In this document: positions 37,330 to 51,543 of the stretch, piece by piece
How the letters are laid out: the number at the start of each line of letters is the position of its first letter
How positions within the stretch are numbered: the stretch's first letter is position 1
DNA from: Eledone cirrhosa
Taxonomy: Eukaryota
Direction: 5' to 3'
Assembly (NCBI GenBank): GCA_964016885.1
Contig: OZ024740.1
Coordinates: forward strand, 403,372,001-403,436,000
Length of the DNA: 64,000 nt
The notes under the pieces: model-generated
Told to the model about the DNA's origin: nothing
Databases searched by the model: none
The model's input: only the letters and a program-made list of their open reading frames with translations
Position numbers and translations under genes: made by a program

Positions 37330-38570
37330 AAGAAGAGTTTTATTTGAGAAACAATTGGCAGGAACTATCTTGAGGCTCATTTTGACATGTCTACTTAATG
37401 AATCTGCTGTTAGCATCGATGACTTCCATAATACAAGATCTGAAATGTTGATCTTTATCTATTTTGGACATTGTGTTAGTTATGGCAGACTTCATAGATT
37501 TTATAGTATTATGGGAACATTATACAACTTTCCTCTAAATTACGCCCCATACACAATAGTCCAATGGATTCAGGTCTGGAAAACTAGGAGGCCATATGTT
37601 TGGGGTGATGTGATCATAGAAATTGTAACTCGTCTATTCTTGGGTCATCCTAAGCCTTATGAAATGGCACAGTCTTGTTGGCAGGTGTACAATATTCCTT
37701 TGCTCTCACTTTCCATCCAAGGCCTCACAACCATCTTCAACACTTCTTTATAATCAGCAGAATGGACTTTTAAGCCCTGGGGAAAGAAGTGTGGAGGTAT
37801 GATGGCTCCCTCATTGCTCATGACTCCTAGAAATATCACAGTGGCCAGAAACTTTGTGAGCATAACCGTTGGAACATCTTTAAGGTTTCTGCATAACTAT
37901 CTCACATTCCTTCGACTTTTTGGTCCCGATCAAAGTTTTTTCTCATCAGAGAAAAACCAAAGCATTCCACACTCTTCGTGTTTCAACTTTCTCCACAAGC
38001 ACTTTGTGCAGATCAGACGGTTATCTTCTGACTTTGTAGACATGAATTGGCCTCTCTGCATTACATATGACTGTTTCAAAGTTCCTCATGTACAATTCTT
38101 CTAATAATTGTTTCTACTTTTAGGCACAAGGCCAGCAATTACCCAGTGCATTACTGGTACTTTATTTTATCGACCCTGTAAGGATGAAAGGCAAAGTCAA
38201 CCTCGGCGGGACTTGAACTCAGATCGTAAAGGGACGTAACTATGCTGGAAAGCATGGCGTCCGACCCTCTACCGATACTGCCAATTCACAATAATGTGCC
38301 TTGAACATTTGAGCTCCTTAGCAATGGTGCTAATTGACATTTTGGGAGTCTTATCGATAATTTTCTGTACCTTCAAACTAATTTTGGTAATCTGATGTTA
38401 TTAGGATCCTTTGCATGCGTTTTACATTTGGCTACTACTGTAGAATCTAACACTTAGCAAACTTTGACAACAAATAACCATGCAACTTTCAGGAAGTGAG
38501 CAATCTCTAAACCACTATGCTTTAATGCACTTTTTCATTTGAAGTCTTAGCTTGATGCCTGTCATCATTT
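37330..38570 (-). mobile_element. Decayed Tc1/mariner-superfamily transposon (maT/DD37D-like)
   Basis: WFFSDEKNF, VIFLGVMSNEG..PPHFF, QQDCA, NFYDHITPNIWPPSFPDLNPLDYCVWG. Interrupted by a SINE at 38103-38290. Confidence 0.8.
38103..38290 (-). mobile_element. tRNA-derived SINE, same family
   Basis: Near-identical to 16017-16205 in reverse. Further copies at about 21425-21535, 22300-22500, 29817-29985, 35665-35780, 39449-39590, 41995-42165 and 50155-50268. Confidence 0.85.
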
Positions 38571-39260
38571 CTGAAAAGAAATGATAATTAGAAAAAGTTA
38601 GAAAAAAATTAGGGCTATTAAAAGACATGTCCTCAAAGAACTGAGCAGCCTTATATAGTGTCAAAAGATTTTCCTCATACATAATCGATTAAAGGGAATA
38701 GTAACTGAGAGAGAGGTGGAGGGGCTTATTCCATTGACCTTATGGGAAATAATAACAAAATTGGCCTTGGGATCTGAATTTACAATATAGAGGGATGAAA
38801 ATTACTATTGTAAGCTTTGAGCCTAGGTCAGTGCTGAATGAGCTAACTATTATCAAAGGTAGTCGAGTCAAGATCATCTTGTCATTTTTTAAGACAGTAA
38901 GGTGTAATTTGAGAGAAATTTGGTTGATATGTTTAGCAGGTCAAGTGACAATATAGAATCTCCTTCATTGGCACATTGCATTGTAAGTTTCTTTATCAGC
39001 TGCTAACACACTAGTCATGCAAAGGAATAGAAAGGGGTTTTTTTACACCATCACAAAACCACAACATTTTAATTTGGGTGAGGGGTAATAAATTAAACCA
39101 ACTCTCGTATATAACTGATATATAGTTTATCAAATCCAGAGGAATTTGAACATGGAACATGGAGGAAAGGCATTATATACTGAAAGATATTTTACTTAGC
39201 ACTCATTCTCAATACACCATTTTCACAAAAACATATATTTAGAAAGAAAACTGTAATAAC

Positions 39261-39380
39261 TCTTTGTAGACGATCCTCTGTGGTGTTAGCACGTCTTTCT
39301 AGCATTTCCTGTTTCATGAGATTGGTATCCACTTCTGATATCTGTTGTTTTTGACAGACTGATTTCTGAAAACTGTTGAT
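39261..39380 (-). CDS. ODAD1: ODAD1/CCDC114-like coding exon 3
   Basis: Acceptor TTTAATTTCTAACAG. 120 nt open: INSFQKSVCQKQQISEVDTNLMKQEMLERRANTTEDRLQR (family ..LENRLDK motif). Donor GTTATT. Not in the ORF track. Confidence 0.75.
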
Positions 39381-42193
39381 CTGTTAGAAATTAAATAGAG
39401 ATATTTGTTCATTTCTTGGAATTTAATTAACATATAACTAGAATACCAAGGCGGCAAATTGGCAGAGTCGTTAGAACATCAGATAGAATGTTATATGGTA
39501 TTCATTCCAGCTCTCTGTTCTCAACGTCAACTTTGCCTTTCATCTTTCAAGGTCAATAAAAAAAGTACCAGTCTAGTACTGGGGTTGATTCTCCTTCTAT
39601 TATATATCTTTCTTATTTTCTCTCTCTCACTTTATATCTTTCTCTGGAAGAAATCTGCTATACTCAGACCTGGAGAGGGATGGGCTCCACCAGGCTTACA
39701 AAATGCCCAAGAAATGCTGTATGTCAATATGGCGCCTCTATGACTCCATCAGGAGTTACGGGTCTATACCATACCATCTAGAATATCAATTGTATGACAT
39801 CATCATCATTATCATTATCATCATCGATTAACGTCCATCTTCCACGCTAGCAGGATGTTAGACAGGTCCTATTTTGAGGCAAGTTGTGTCGGGTGACCGT
39901 GTCTCAATCATATAGGGATGTTTCTGGCTGGTTTTCTACAACTGGATGCCCTTCCTAATGCCAACCACATTTACATATATTAATGGAAAAGGTTTGAGTT
40001 TCAATCCTCTAGTGGACACTGTTGATTTGAACATAAATTGAGCAGAAAATTTTTCTTATTCATTCAATCATCTTTTATTCCTTTATTCATTCATTGAGAC
40101 TTAATTATAATGGAGTCATATGGACACAATTAGGAAATATGACATTTCCTGGATATTTAAACCTCATCTTTCTCCAGGTTTGACAACAGCTGATTTCTTC
40201 TAGATCAAAAGAGTGAGAGAAAGTGAAGAAAGAAAGAAAGAAGAGTCAACTTCAGTACTGAACTAGTACTACATTCATCAACCGTGAAAGAAAAAATGTA
40301 CAATTGACCTAAGTAGGATTTGAACTCAGAGCATAGACAGCTAGTACTAATATTACAAAGCATTCTATCCAATTTCCTAACAACTCTACCAATTTACTGT
40401 CATGCATTTCATAACATCCAATAAACAGATATGTAGGGGAAATGTATGAGGTATTGAAGTAATAGTGATGACAGTGGTTGACTGTTTCTGAGGTATCCCA
40501 CAAGATCTGCCACTCCAACCTCATTATAACTCCACAAAGGGTCATCCTCTTTTTGAACCGAATAGGAATCATTGTGGTTTAACAGGGACTTCTTAACATT
40601 CATTATGGTTCAGAGGTCTAGATCAGTGAATTCTCCTTCGAAATCTAGAATTTCAAGATGAAAGACCATACTACACATACAGAAAAGAAGAGAAAGAGAG
40701 AGAGTCATCACTCCATTAGTCAGCCTGCAACTATTAAAAAACATACAATTGTTCACTCAGGGGATTCTGTTCCTCTGAAGAAGTCAGATACTAAGCAATC
40801 ATAAAACCTTCACATGGCACTGAAAGGAATTATACAGGTCTAACAGCAAACAGTTTCAAAGGCTGCTTTCTTCAACATTTCCATCCATTCCAGTAAAGGA
40901 CAGGGAAAATCTACATTTGACACAATTCACCTAGAAATTCATTGACCAGGGGCTGGTATACTCCCTTCTTAGCCCTAATAGCAAGAAACATTTTTGATAG
41001 GTCCAAGCAATACTTTAAACAGGGCACAGAACTGTGGGCTTTGCCTGAATGAAAAGTTCAAGATTCTTCTCTGCACCATCTCTTAACTGGAGATCAAAGG
41101 AATTGTTTTATTGTCGCTCTTGAAAATCTTCCAAAATTTTTTGATGCCCAAATGTCACAATACATAAAAATCAGTAGTCCCAGTTGGGCTCACAAATTAA
41201 TAGCTCTTGACAACAACCTTAAATTGGCTCCCCCTATGATAAGAAAGCAGTGATTCTGTTGACTACAATAACCATGTGATAAGCCATAATCAATAAGAAC
41301 TGATCTTAAAAGTGCACCTACAAACCTAATGTCATCTGAAAGATCACAGGCATATACCTCATGTTTTTTAATGTGTGGAACTCTGAAAATTGATGGAATG
41401 AATTCACAAACAAGTTTTATTGAAATATAGACTATACTTCATGTAGTGAATGCTTTTCCTTTCATTTTGGGGTTTCCTTTCATGCTTGGGTTCATCTTCA
41501 AACTATCTTTATTATATATGTGTTTGTGTGTGTCACTGTGGGTGTGGAGAGTATCATCATCATTATCATCATTTAATGTCTACTTTCCATCCTATGATTG
41601 GACGGGTCTTCACAAACCATGTCTGTACTGAAGCGGGGCTACTGACCTCCCAAGCAGGTCAAGGGTTCACATCTCGCTTCAAATGATTCCACATTCTACC
41701 GAGTGCATTTTATCATGGCTCCAGCATTAGCGAGGTTGTCATGTCTTTGACACAACTGGAAAGATCTCCCAACACTTTGTTTGGCAAGTTTTCTATGGCT
41801 GGATGTCCTTCTTATCACCAACCACTTTACTGCATGTACTGGGTGCATTTATCATGTAGATCTCTAATACTAGGAAAATTGTTATGTCCTTGACACAACT
41901 AAAAAGGTCCTCCCAACCCTTTCTTTGAAAAGCTTTTATGTGATTATATGCAAATGTGGATAAAGATATCTTTACATCTGTATTTGTATAAATATAATGG
42001 TTTCTACTTTTCGGCACAAGGCCAGCACTTATCCAGAACTTTAATTTATTGACCCCGTAAGGATGAAAGACAAAGTGAACCTCGGTGGGATTTGTACTCA
42101 GACCGTAAAGGGCCGTAACTCTATGCTGCAAAGCATGGCGTCCGAACTTCTACCGATACTGCCAAATTGTATAAATATAATAAGAGATCGTAC

Positions 42194-42383
42194 TTCTTTA
42201 TCTAATCTTGTGATCATTTCTTTATTTTCAGCAAGTTTTCTCTGAATAATATCATATGTGTCAACAAGTTGGTATAAGCCTTTATGAGTCTTCAAGTCAA
42301 CTTTTTCATATCGTTGGTTATGTACAAGATCTATTAATAGTTTTACTTCTTCATTATCATTCTTCAACTGATCATATTCAGCT
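42194..42383 (-). CDS. ODAD1: ODAD1/CCDC114-like coding exon 2
   Basis: Acceptor TTTTTAATATTGCAG, phase 2 matches exon 1. (V)AEYDQLKNDNEEVKLLIDL...KLAENKEMITRLDKE. Donor GTACGA, phase 0. Confidence 0.85.
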
Positions 42384-42799
42384 CTGCAATATTAAAAATG
42401 TATATGATAACAAATCTGATACTATACATTATATACATACATACAGACACACACACATATATATATAGAAGGGTTGTCCCATTTGAGACAAGTCAGGTCA
42501 GGTGACCATGTCTTGCTCATACAGAACTGTTTCTGACTTGCTTTCTACAACTGGATGCTTTTCATAAATGCCAACCACATTTACAGTGTGTGCTAGGTGC
42601 TTTTTGTCATGACACCAAAGTGACCGCTTTACAATGTGGACTAGGGACTGGAGTGGGAGTGTAAGGGTGTGGGATAAGAGTGGGATGATTAGGATGTGGA
42701 TGGAGTGTTAGGGTGTAAGACGTGTATGGAAGGGAGAAGTGAGGATAGGAGTCAAGTGCTGCATACTAGATGTATGCTTCAACTCATGCACATGGAAGG

Positions 42800-43060
42800 C
42801 TGGTCTTCTGTATTAGTGCATAATGCCAAAGATTTTGATCCTTTGAGGGGTGCAATTCTAGATAGCAGCGGTAGTAGCTCACTGAACTTTCTTCATCCTG
42901 TTTATACTCTGAGAGCCTTTTGAGCATTTAAAGGAGCTAGTATCATGTGGGCTCTTGCTACTTACTGAACCTGTGCATTGGCTGCATGTAAAACCTACAT
43001 TCCTTGATAGCCTACCTGTGATCCCACTACACTTCTGAGTATTGATTGGTCTAACTAAAT
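42800..43060 (-). mobile_element. Decayed LINE fragment, RTE-like with Cys motif
   Basis: QKCSGITGRLSRNVGFTCSQCTG resembles the H.RCSGI.G.L....F.C..C insert seen in some invertebrate RTE ORFs. Confidence 0.45.
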
Positions 43061-43653
43061 GACTATGGTGGGGTGGGGTGGGGTGGGGGGGAATAGAGGA
43101 TGAGGCCCAATTTGGGATATAAGAGTGAAGAGAAAATAGTTTTGAAAACTGAGGAAAAAGAAAATATATATATATATGGATAGATATGTATATATAATAT
43201 AATATAAGTAACATGAATATGACAACATCACAGTTAACGGACTAACATTTATTATATAACTGACATGTATTTCACCAGTTTATAAGTGAACAAGATCTAG
43301 GAATCTAGAAATGCTAGTCCGATATGATTTATCGGAGAATTCAATTTCCAATATTTTGTAATATCACCATGGTAAATCAGCATCTCAACATAAAGCAATG
43401 TTTACATTTATACATAAATACACACACACACACTTGTGTCGGACATTCTCACATGCCTACTGAGGTAGCTGTGATATGATCACAGCTGAAGGTAATATAG
43501 TAAGACATATGTACGCGTATGTTTATTATACATAAAATATATTATGTATGATTTCATATATATATATTATGGCACCATTTCACCAAAGTCTTAGCATCCA
43601 TTCTACAGAACTCACACAACATAAACCATGATAAAAGTATCTTTCCAACATAC

Positions 43654-43808
43654 ACTTGTTTCCGAACAATATTTCTGATTTCTTCCATGGTGACTTTCCT
43701 TGTATTACCCAAAATTCTGAGTTGTTTCTGCAACTTATCAATGTCTGAATCCTGGTTTGTGTTTGTTACCTCCTCATCCATTTTGTCCATACCACGGAAT
43801 GATGACAT
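43654..43808 (-). CDS. ODAD1: ODAD1/CCDC114 (CCDC63 family) outer dynein arm docking complex coiled-coil protein, coding exon 1
   Basis: ATG at 43808; MSSFRGMDKMDEEVTNTNQDSDIDKLQKQLRILGNTRKVTMEEIRNIVRKQ resembles the family N-terminus (..KLQRQFRIME..R..RKQ). Donor GT|GTATGT, phase 2. An acceptor (TTTAACCTTAG) just 5' of 43840 implies an upstream non-coding exon. Confidence 0.8.
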
Positions 43809-44348
43809 TGTTTCAAATAAAGTTATTCAACTCAATTTCACTAAGGTTAAATAAAAAGTATATATAGACATTCAGAAAATATTATCATGATTTGAATACC
43901 TTTATCAAAAACAGGATTTGTGATATGAGAAAACATGCCATGATTCAAACATATAAAACAAGGCGAACTACTGATCGTTTTGATATAATATAGCTATAAA
44001 ATTTAGTAGGTGTCTATTCCCTGTGGCAATTTGACAAAGTCATTTAAGCTTTAGATAGAGTGCTTCATAGTATTTATTCTAGTTTTCTGTGCTCTGAGTT
44101 CAAATCTTATCAGAGCTAGCTTTGCTTTTCAACATTGCTGCAACAATAAAGTACCAGTCTAGAAGAAGGAGATTGGTGGAATTGTTAAAGCATCAAATCA
44201 GGTGCCTTGTAGTATCAGTTCTGCCACTGTAAATTCTGAGATCAAATTGCACCTCCTGTGACCAGAAAAAGAAATGTTGACATTTCTGTCAGGTGTTGGA
44301 ACTGATTCATAGTATCAGTTTATTTTCATGGGTTCGATATGGAAGGTC

Positions 44349-44384
<36 letters not shown>

Positions 44385-44632
44385 TTCCTGCTATAAACAC
44401 ATAAAAGATTACCTTAACAAATAAGCTATTAAATATAAAATCCTTATTAATTTTACAAGGTTTATAATGGTGAGTTCACTCAATCATATTTTCTTGCTGT
44501 TTAGCTTCAGATCAGACCTGATCAAAGAAACGTATGACCAAAGACATTCCAATTGTAAGAATCTTAATATTTTGTTGTTGTTGTTCAGGAATAATACATC
44601 TATGAGTCATTATATAGTTTATCTGTAGTTTG

Positions 44633-44845
44633 GGCAGTGGACTGGCAGTATCAGTAGAGCGTCAGACACTATGCATTGAGTTATGGCCCTTTGCGTTCTG
44701 AGTTCAAATCCTGCAGAGGTTAACTTTGCCTTTCATCCTTACATGGTTGATAAAATAAAGCACCAGTAATGCACTGGGGTCGATTTAATCGACTTTCCCC
44801 CTCCCTTTCAACTTGCTAGCCTTGTGCTTAATGTAGAAACAATTA
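44633..44845 (+). mobile_element. tRNA-derived SINE, same family
   Basis: A/B boxes, GCCTTTCATCCTT core and GTAGAAACAATTAT tail. Confidence 0.8.
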
Positions 44846-45161
44846 TATAGTTGTCTTCTTTTTATCTTTTTCAGATGGTTGAATATGGCTTGGAGGAGAA
44901 TTGGCTGTTATACTTAGCACATCAAATGACCACATAGAGGTTCCCTATAAAATTAAATGTGTTGGCAATGAATATTGTACAGTGCCAGAGACTATATGCA
45001 AGCTATCGATTTTTCAGCTTATAGTCTAACACTCTTTTCACACACCCATTTATTGTTCTCCGTGATACAAAAACTTAAATTAATTGATTCTAGAGCTGAA
45101 ACTTTTACTCAACAGTATTATTTTCTTCTATTGATCTTGTGCTATTTTAATTTCTATTGGC

Positions 45162-45228
<67 letters not shown>

Positions 45229-46497
45229 TTTGTCTTCTTTGGACAACAGTGCCTTGCAAGTATTGAAAACAAGGTACATTAATCTCTGATATCATTTATA
45301 TTGAGTAAATAAAGAGATGAAAAAATTCAGAAAATTGTTACTGTAATACTTTGTGATTCATAATTATATTATTTTCTCCTTTAGAATATCTGAAATATAA
45401 CACCTGTGATTTTTAAAGGGGTGAAGCAGATTATGTTGACTTTCAAGCTTTGTATTAAGACATTATTTACGTATGTAAATGAAGTGAAATGTCTTCAACC
45501 CCAGCAATACCCTTGAATTAAACTTGGATTATTGCTTTTGATTACTATAAGGTTAGTTTTACACCATGACACTATAAAATAAACTATACAAGCTAGCAAA
45601 TGAACCACTACACTGTTGTTTAAACTGCTAGATATAGAAGCTAAACCTTACACAAAACACACCTAACATTTTATATAAAAGAGAACATAATGAATAATGA
45701 AGCACCATGCATGAATAAAAGTATTGATAGTAATAGCTTGAAAATCTTGATCATAGGTCTGCTGGCTCATAGTTGAACTGGGGTTAGACAATAAACTAAA
45801 CTACAATACTACAAATATGGAAGATATGTCTTATATTGAATTGATACCTTAAAAGTTAAAGTTAAACAGTGGCTCTTTATAATATATATATCCCACTTAT
45901 AGGATTCCCATATTATGAGGTTAATTTATTACACCAATTAAAGAAGTAAATGTGATGAGAGACTGAAGGCTACAGTGTTTGGCAACTGGTGACAATATAG
46001 ATGTTTGAAAGGACTTTTCAATCTAGCTGTGCATCTGACAGCTTGGCTAGTGCTGGTGCCACTATAGAATGCACTCAGAACCTATAAATCCATGCCAAAT
46101 ATGAAATGTAATAAGCAAGATGAAGTCATTCTGACCCAGCTGGTCTCCGACTGTGACAACTAGTCTAATACTTGCCAGGATGAAAAGTAGGCATAAAATG
46201 ATGATAATGAAATATGGAATTGTAGTTGGTTAAGTCATTAAAATATTGTTCAGTTGGCCAATCAAATGATGACCAACAACACAGCATCATATTTCAAAAC
46301 TCAGGATTTGAATAATGTATTCCTAGAAACTATAATGAACATTGAGCCTTGGCCTGATTCATCAATCTTTAAATAGGCCTAACGTGGAGCTGCTGTTCAC
46401 TGGTGTAACCAGAAGTACTGCATTAATTCACTAGCATTTCTTATTTAAGTGCAATGTTGAATGCAAATAATTTCAAGAGTAATGTTTAGGCATTCTT

Positions 46498-46892
46498 GGC
46501 ACATGGCTTAGTGGTTAGAGCATTGGCCTTGCAATCAAAAGGTTGTGAGTTCAATTCTCAGACCGGATGATGTGTTGTTTCCTTGAGCAAGACACTTTAT
46601 TTCACATTGCTCCAGTTTACTCAGCTGTAGAAATGAGATGATAGTGACTGGGGTCCCTATCATTCCACTGCAAAGTGGTCATGGAGGTGCCACAGCAAAA
46701 AAGCACCCAGCCCACACTGTAAAGTAGACGTGTAGGCGCCACGGAAAAAAAGCACCCAGCACTCACTGTAAATGAGGTTGGTGTTAGGAAGGGCATCCAG
46801 CTGTAGAAATCAAGCCAAAATCAGTTCCCGTCCCACCCTTGCAAGCAGGGAAAAAGCGGACGTAAAATGAAATGATGATGAAATGATGATGA
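46498..46892 (+). mobile_element. CORE-like tRNA SINE with (GAT)n-tailed 3' end
   Basis: TGGCTTAGTGGTTAGAGC...GAGTTCAATTCTC, CTTGAGCAAGACACTT, then AGGAAGGGCATCCAGCTGTAGAAA...GGACGTAAAATGA(TGA)n. The same tail recurs at about 23140, 26220, 30290, 36000, 39800, 42470, 49960 and 62840. Confidence 0.7.
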
Positions 46893-49262
46893 TTCTTACT
46901 TGAAAAGAGAGATGTTTTTAGCAGAAAAATCTTTAAAATAGAATTTCTGGTTGCGAGAAGGATCCTTAATGAAGATTAGGTTATAAGGCTGCATATTTAA
47001 ATTTATTCATGAGGAAAGGATCAAATAGGTAAGCACAGTGAGGAAATATAAAAAAGTTTATTTTTCTCCATAAAATATTACAATAGAATGTTAGGCGCCA
47101 TTGTGGCATACATCTAGGTAGGATGTTGCTGGGCTCTTGCTGAGAGGGCCAAAGTTCCTTGGTAAATGTTTCATCTTGCCAGTTGCTCCAGGGAATGAAG
47201 CTCCACGAAAATGAAGCCACAACTACTTAGAAGTGAAAAGAAAGGAGCGAAGCAACTGCTGGGCGGAAGTCAACTTTTTTGGTATTCATACACCGCCAAG
47301 CCTAAGGGCTGGCAAGTGACAAAGTACGACCCAATAATTCTGCCGCGATATGGTAGTGCCATTGATTGTTACATGTTCTTTAACTAAGCACTATGAGATC
47401 TTGGTTATATTCCAACATTCTTTACCTGAAAACTGTGGATGGTCATTTTGAGGTAAAATTGGACAACCAGTCAAGAGATCAGTGCTTTGTATTCTGTTAT
47501 TAATTGTACTTTGTGTTCAAAACCAAGATATTTCATAATCTAATTCTTTATCAGTAACACATTGTGGTGCAAACAAGATTAGCCAACTCACTCACTGCCC
47601 CCCCCCCCCTCTCCTTATCTCTGCTACATTGTATCTTACAAACACTTCTAATACATTGTTTCTATAATTCTCTTTGGTGCTCCCACTTGCTGATGTTTTT
47701 CCAACAGACATCAACATGAAAAGCTTTAAGCTGAACATCAAGGGGGGGGGGGGGCCTGAATAACTCCTCCATCATGAACTAAAGTGTAAAATAAATAAAT
47801 GAAAGGCTACACATATTCATAGATGGAAACAGCATGAAGGCACGATTAAGTCAATACTGAAAAGTATGGGTTGGCAGCAAGAAGGGCATCCAACTGTAGA
47901 GATTTGCTAAGGGTTAAGTAGAAGCAGAACACTTTTGTAGTATTTATTATTACCATGTTCTGGGGCCAAATCCTACTCAGTCCCACTTTAACATTCAATA
48001 GAATAAGGACCAGTTAATAAAATGAATACTGGAGTTGATGCAGTCAACTACATCTTAAGACAGAGGCTAATTAGCATATCCACCGTCCAAAGACAGAAGC
48101 CAGTAAAAGGGTTGAATGATACCTGTCCCACCTTTACAAACTGAAAATAAAAAACTAGACAGATGGCTAAAGAAATGATGATGATAATGAAGGTAGTTGC
48201 AATGATGGTTGTGGTGTGCTGCTGCTGCTACTGCTGTTGAATGGTGGTACTAGTTGTGATGAAAACCAACATAACAGTGATGATGGCAGTGGTGATGATG
48301 ATGAGGATGATGATGATGTGATTGATGACATGACAATGAATGTAATGATAATAGTAATGACGATAAGGATAAATGTGATGAAGATGACAATAATGATAAT
48401 ATTATACCTGTGATAGACTGCACAAACTAAACACTCAGAAACACTTTATACCTTGCCTGGGATTATTTACCCTTATTCTAAATAAGAGATATTTTTCTAG
48501 CTGCTCCTTGTTTAAGTTAAGTGTGTTGGGTGCTTGGTTCCTGCTAGGTGTTCCTTCTTAAAGAACCTGACAGTAATTCAAAACTGTTGATAGTTGATAG
48601 TTTATCTTCTTAATCAGGATAGGATTTCAGCTGTCAGGTGTTACTGGTGAAATAACAATGGTAGTATTACTAGGAAATGAATACAGAGGCTGTAATTCAT
48701 GTTCTATCACATGTTTTCTATTTCCTATAATTTATTTTTGCTTAACCATCTCATTATCATATTTCTCGGTGAAAGATATTGCCTATGATTTTCAAATAAT
48801 TTTGAAAATAATCAAGAATTTAGAGTGATTTAATAATGTAGCTAACTTTCTCATGTGGTGTTTGGAACATGATTTAACAAAGGTTCTCATATAAAATCAT
48901 GATAGTTTGTTTTGTTGTTTTTTTAATAAATATAATCATTCTGTAAAGTGGCAATGCTGGTACCATGATAAAATGCACCTACCCATTTTATAAAGTGGTA
49001 GTGTTGGTGTCATGGTAAAATACACTCAATCTACAATGTAAAGTGATAGTTCTGTTGCCAGGATGGAATACACTCAGTCCACTCTGTAATGTGATACACA
49101 CAGTAAAGTGATTGGCACTAGGAATGAGGTTCAGTCATAAAAGCCATGCCAGAATGGAACATATGAGCAAGAGATGGTCATCTGACCTGTCTAATCTCAG
49201 AGCATGATAACCCATTTAAAGAGATTCCAGCTTGGAAGATGAGCATAAAACGATGATGATAA

Positions 49263-49449
49263 TAATTATTTCTACTTTTGGCACAAGGCCAGCAATTATC
49301 CCAGTGTATTAATGGTACTTTATTTTATCGACCCCGTAAGGATGAAAGGCAAAGTTAACCTCGACGGGATTTGAACTCAGATCATAAAGGGACGTAACTA
49401 TGCTAGAAAGCATGGCGTCCGACCCTCTACCGATACTACCAATCCACCG
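49263..49449 (-). mobile_element. tRNA-derived SINE, same family
   Basis: Full-length reverse copy inserted in a (GAT)n tail. Confidence 0.85.
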
Positions 49450-51543
49450 ATGATAATAATGATGATGGCAGTGGTGGCAGTGGTGGCAGCAATGATGATG
49501 ATGATGATGATGACTAAGACTTTAAAATAAACAGCTTTGTATCATAAAACAAGGGTGATTTCAGGCAGTTTGCTATCAAACGAGTTAAAAAGTTGAATGT
49601 TTAGACAAAGGGTTATCTATTTGTGCATTGGATATCAAAAATACAAAAATAAAGTATGCTAATCAGAGATGGAATTTGAATATTTTTCTTTTACATTTTA
49701 GAATGATTTTTTTAAACATTTCAATTTGAGGAAACCCAGGTTGATAAAACAGTGATAAAAATCAGAGACTACTGCATTGGGATTTTCAACCGGGGGTTGA
49801 AGAGGGTGGAAACTTATGCCCTGAGTGGTATAAGCTCTAAGCTATGTTAATGTATAAAATATTTTCTGAGACAAAACGAAATTAGAAATTCAAATCGTCA
49901 AACTGAAATTCAATCATCATCATCATCGTCACCATCTTCCTCCTCCTCATCATCATCATCATTTAACATCTATCATCTATTTTTCCATGCTTGTATGGGT
50001 TAGACAGGTTGTCACGTTATGAAACAAGTCAGGTCAGGTGACCCTGTCTTCTCATACAGATCTGTATTTTGGCTTGGTTTCTGCAGCTTGATGCCCTTCC
50101 TAATGCCAACCAGATTACAGTGTGGACAATATGTGTATTAATTTCATTATTAATATAAATCCCGCCGAGGTTAACTTTGCCTTTCATCCTTACGGGGTCG
50201 ATAAAATAAAGTACCAGTAATGCGCTGGGTAATTGCTGGCCTTGTGCCAAAAAGTAGAAACAATTATTAATATAAAATTTTATATTATATATAATTTTAT
50301 TTGAATAATGAAATGGGCATCGATTTTTAATTTAAATTTAAATTTGAATATAGGTTTCAAATAATTTTTTTTGTTTCTTTTTTCAGCTCCATGAAACTAA
50401 CATAAAAAAAAACCCTCTAAATTATAATTTACATCCCAACTAGTGTTTTGTTTGTTTGTTTTTTAGCATCAACTAACATTTTAAAGTGCTGGACATATAA
50501 CAAACCAAGTATTTATAAATTCATACTCTACATTAGCTTTACATTTTTTCTCAGGCAGGATAAATTACTTTGGCCATGGCTAAAATGTCAGTACTCATAG
50601 GTCTGTTCAATCTGTGCTGACCGAGAGTTAAACCAAGAGAACAATACTAACACCAACACTACCATTGACAACAACAAGAATATGAACCAATAAGAAAACT
50701 TGTATGTGGTCATTCAATCTGCTAGAAATAGCAGCTAAACTTCCCTCAAATCAGTCTACCTTTGCAATAAAGGGTGCATTGAATAATGTAGTCCTTCATA
50801 AACTGCTGATAAAAAACAGAGACCTATGGCTGGAATACCTTTGATTATATGTCAGTTCTGTCAGGTTTGACCTGGGGTTAAATAGCTACAAGAAGAGAAT
50901 TAGTCTACAATGGAGTCTTTATGCAATCAATCGAACAGTTAAAAATAGCAGCCACAACTGTATCAAACAACACCAAAGTATCTTAAAAAAGGAATAATAC
51001 ATTGAATATTGTAAACTATGGCCGAGAAAAAAGATGAACTGGTCTTGTCTGGCTAGGATGGAAAGTTAACCCTTTAGTATTTAAACTGGTCAAATCTGGC
51101 CAGAATTCTCTCACCTCTTTCTGTTCAAACCGGCTGCTACTGGCCACTCACACAGATGTTAAGGTATTGTTCTCAAATGGCCTCAGCCGGATGGCTGAAA
51201 CAGGTAAAATAGTAATATCAAAATCTCCTAGATTCGATATTATGTGAGATAATTATGTAAGATAAAGCCTTTTCTGTGAAAATACTATAGTATATATAGA
51301 GTAAGGTGAATGCAAAAGGGTTAAGTTCTGTACAGTTAACGAATTATTGCATGCTGTAATTTGGATGTATGCAAGAGCGTTGAGAATGATAATGATTATA
51401 ATGATGATGATGATAATGATAATGATGATGATGATGATGATGACGATGATGACGATGATGACAATCCAAGTTTTGTTGCTAACTTCCAAGACTCATGATT
51501 ATGGCATGAATCTAGTTTAAGAGATTGAAGAAGAAATTAAATA

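Noticed and set aside
48408-48476. Possible upstream non-coding exon of the ODAD1-like gene (minus strand AG...GT)
   Set aside because: Splice-like signals only, which are common by chance; no supporting evidence.
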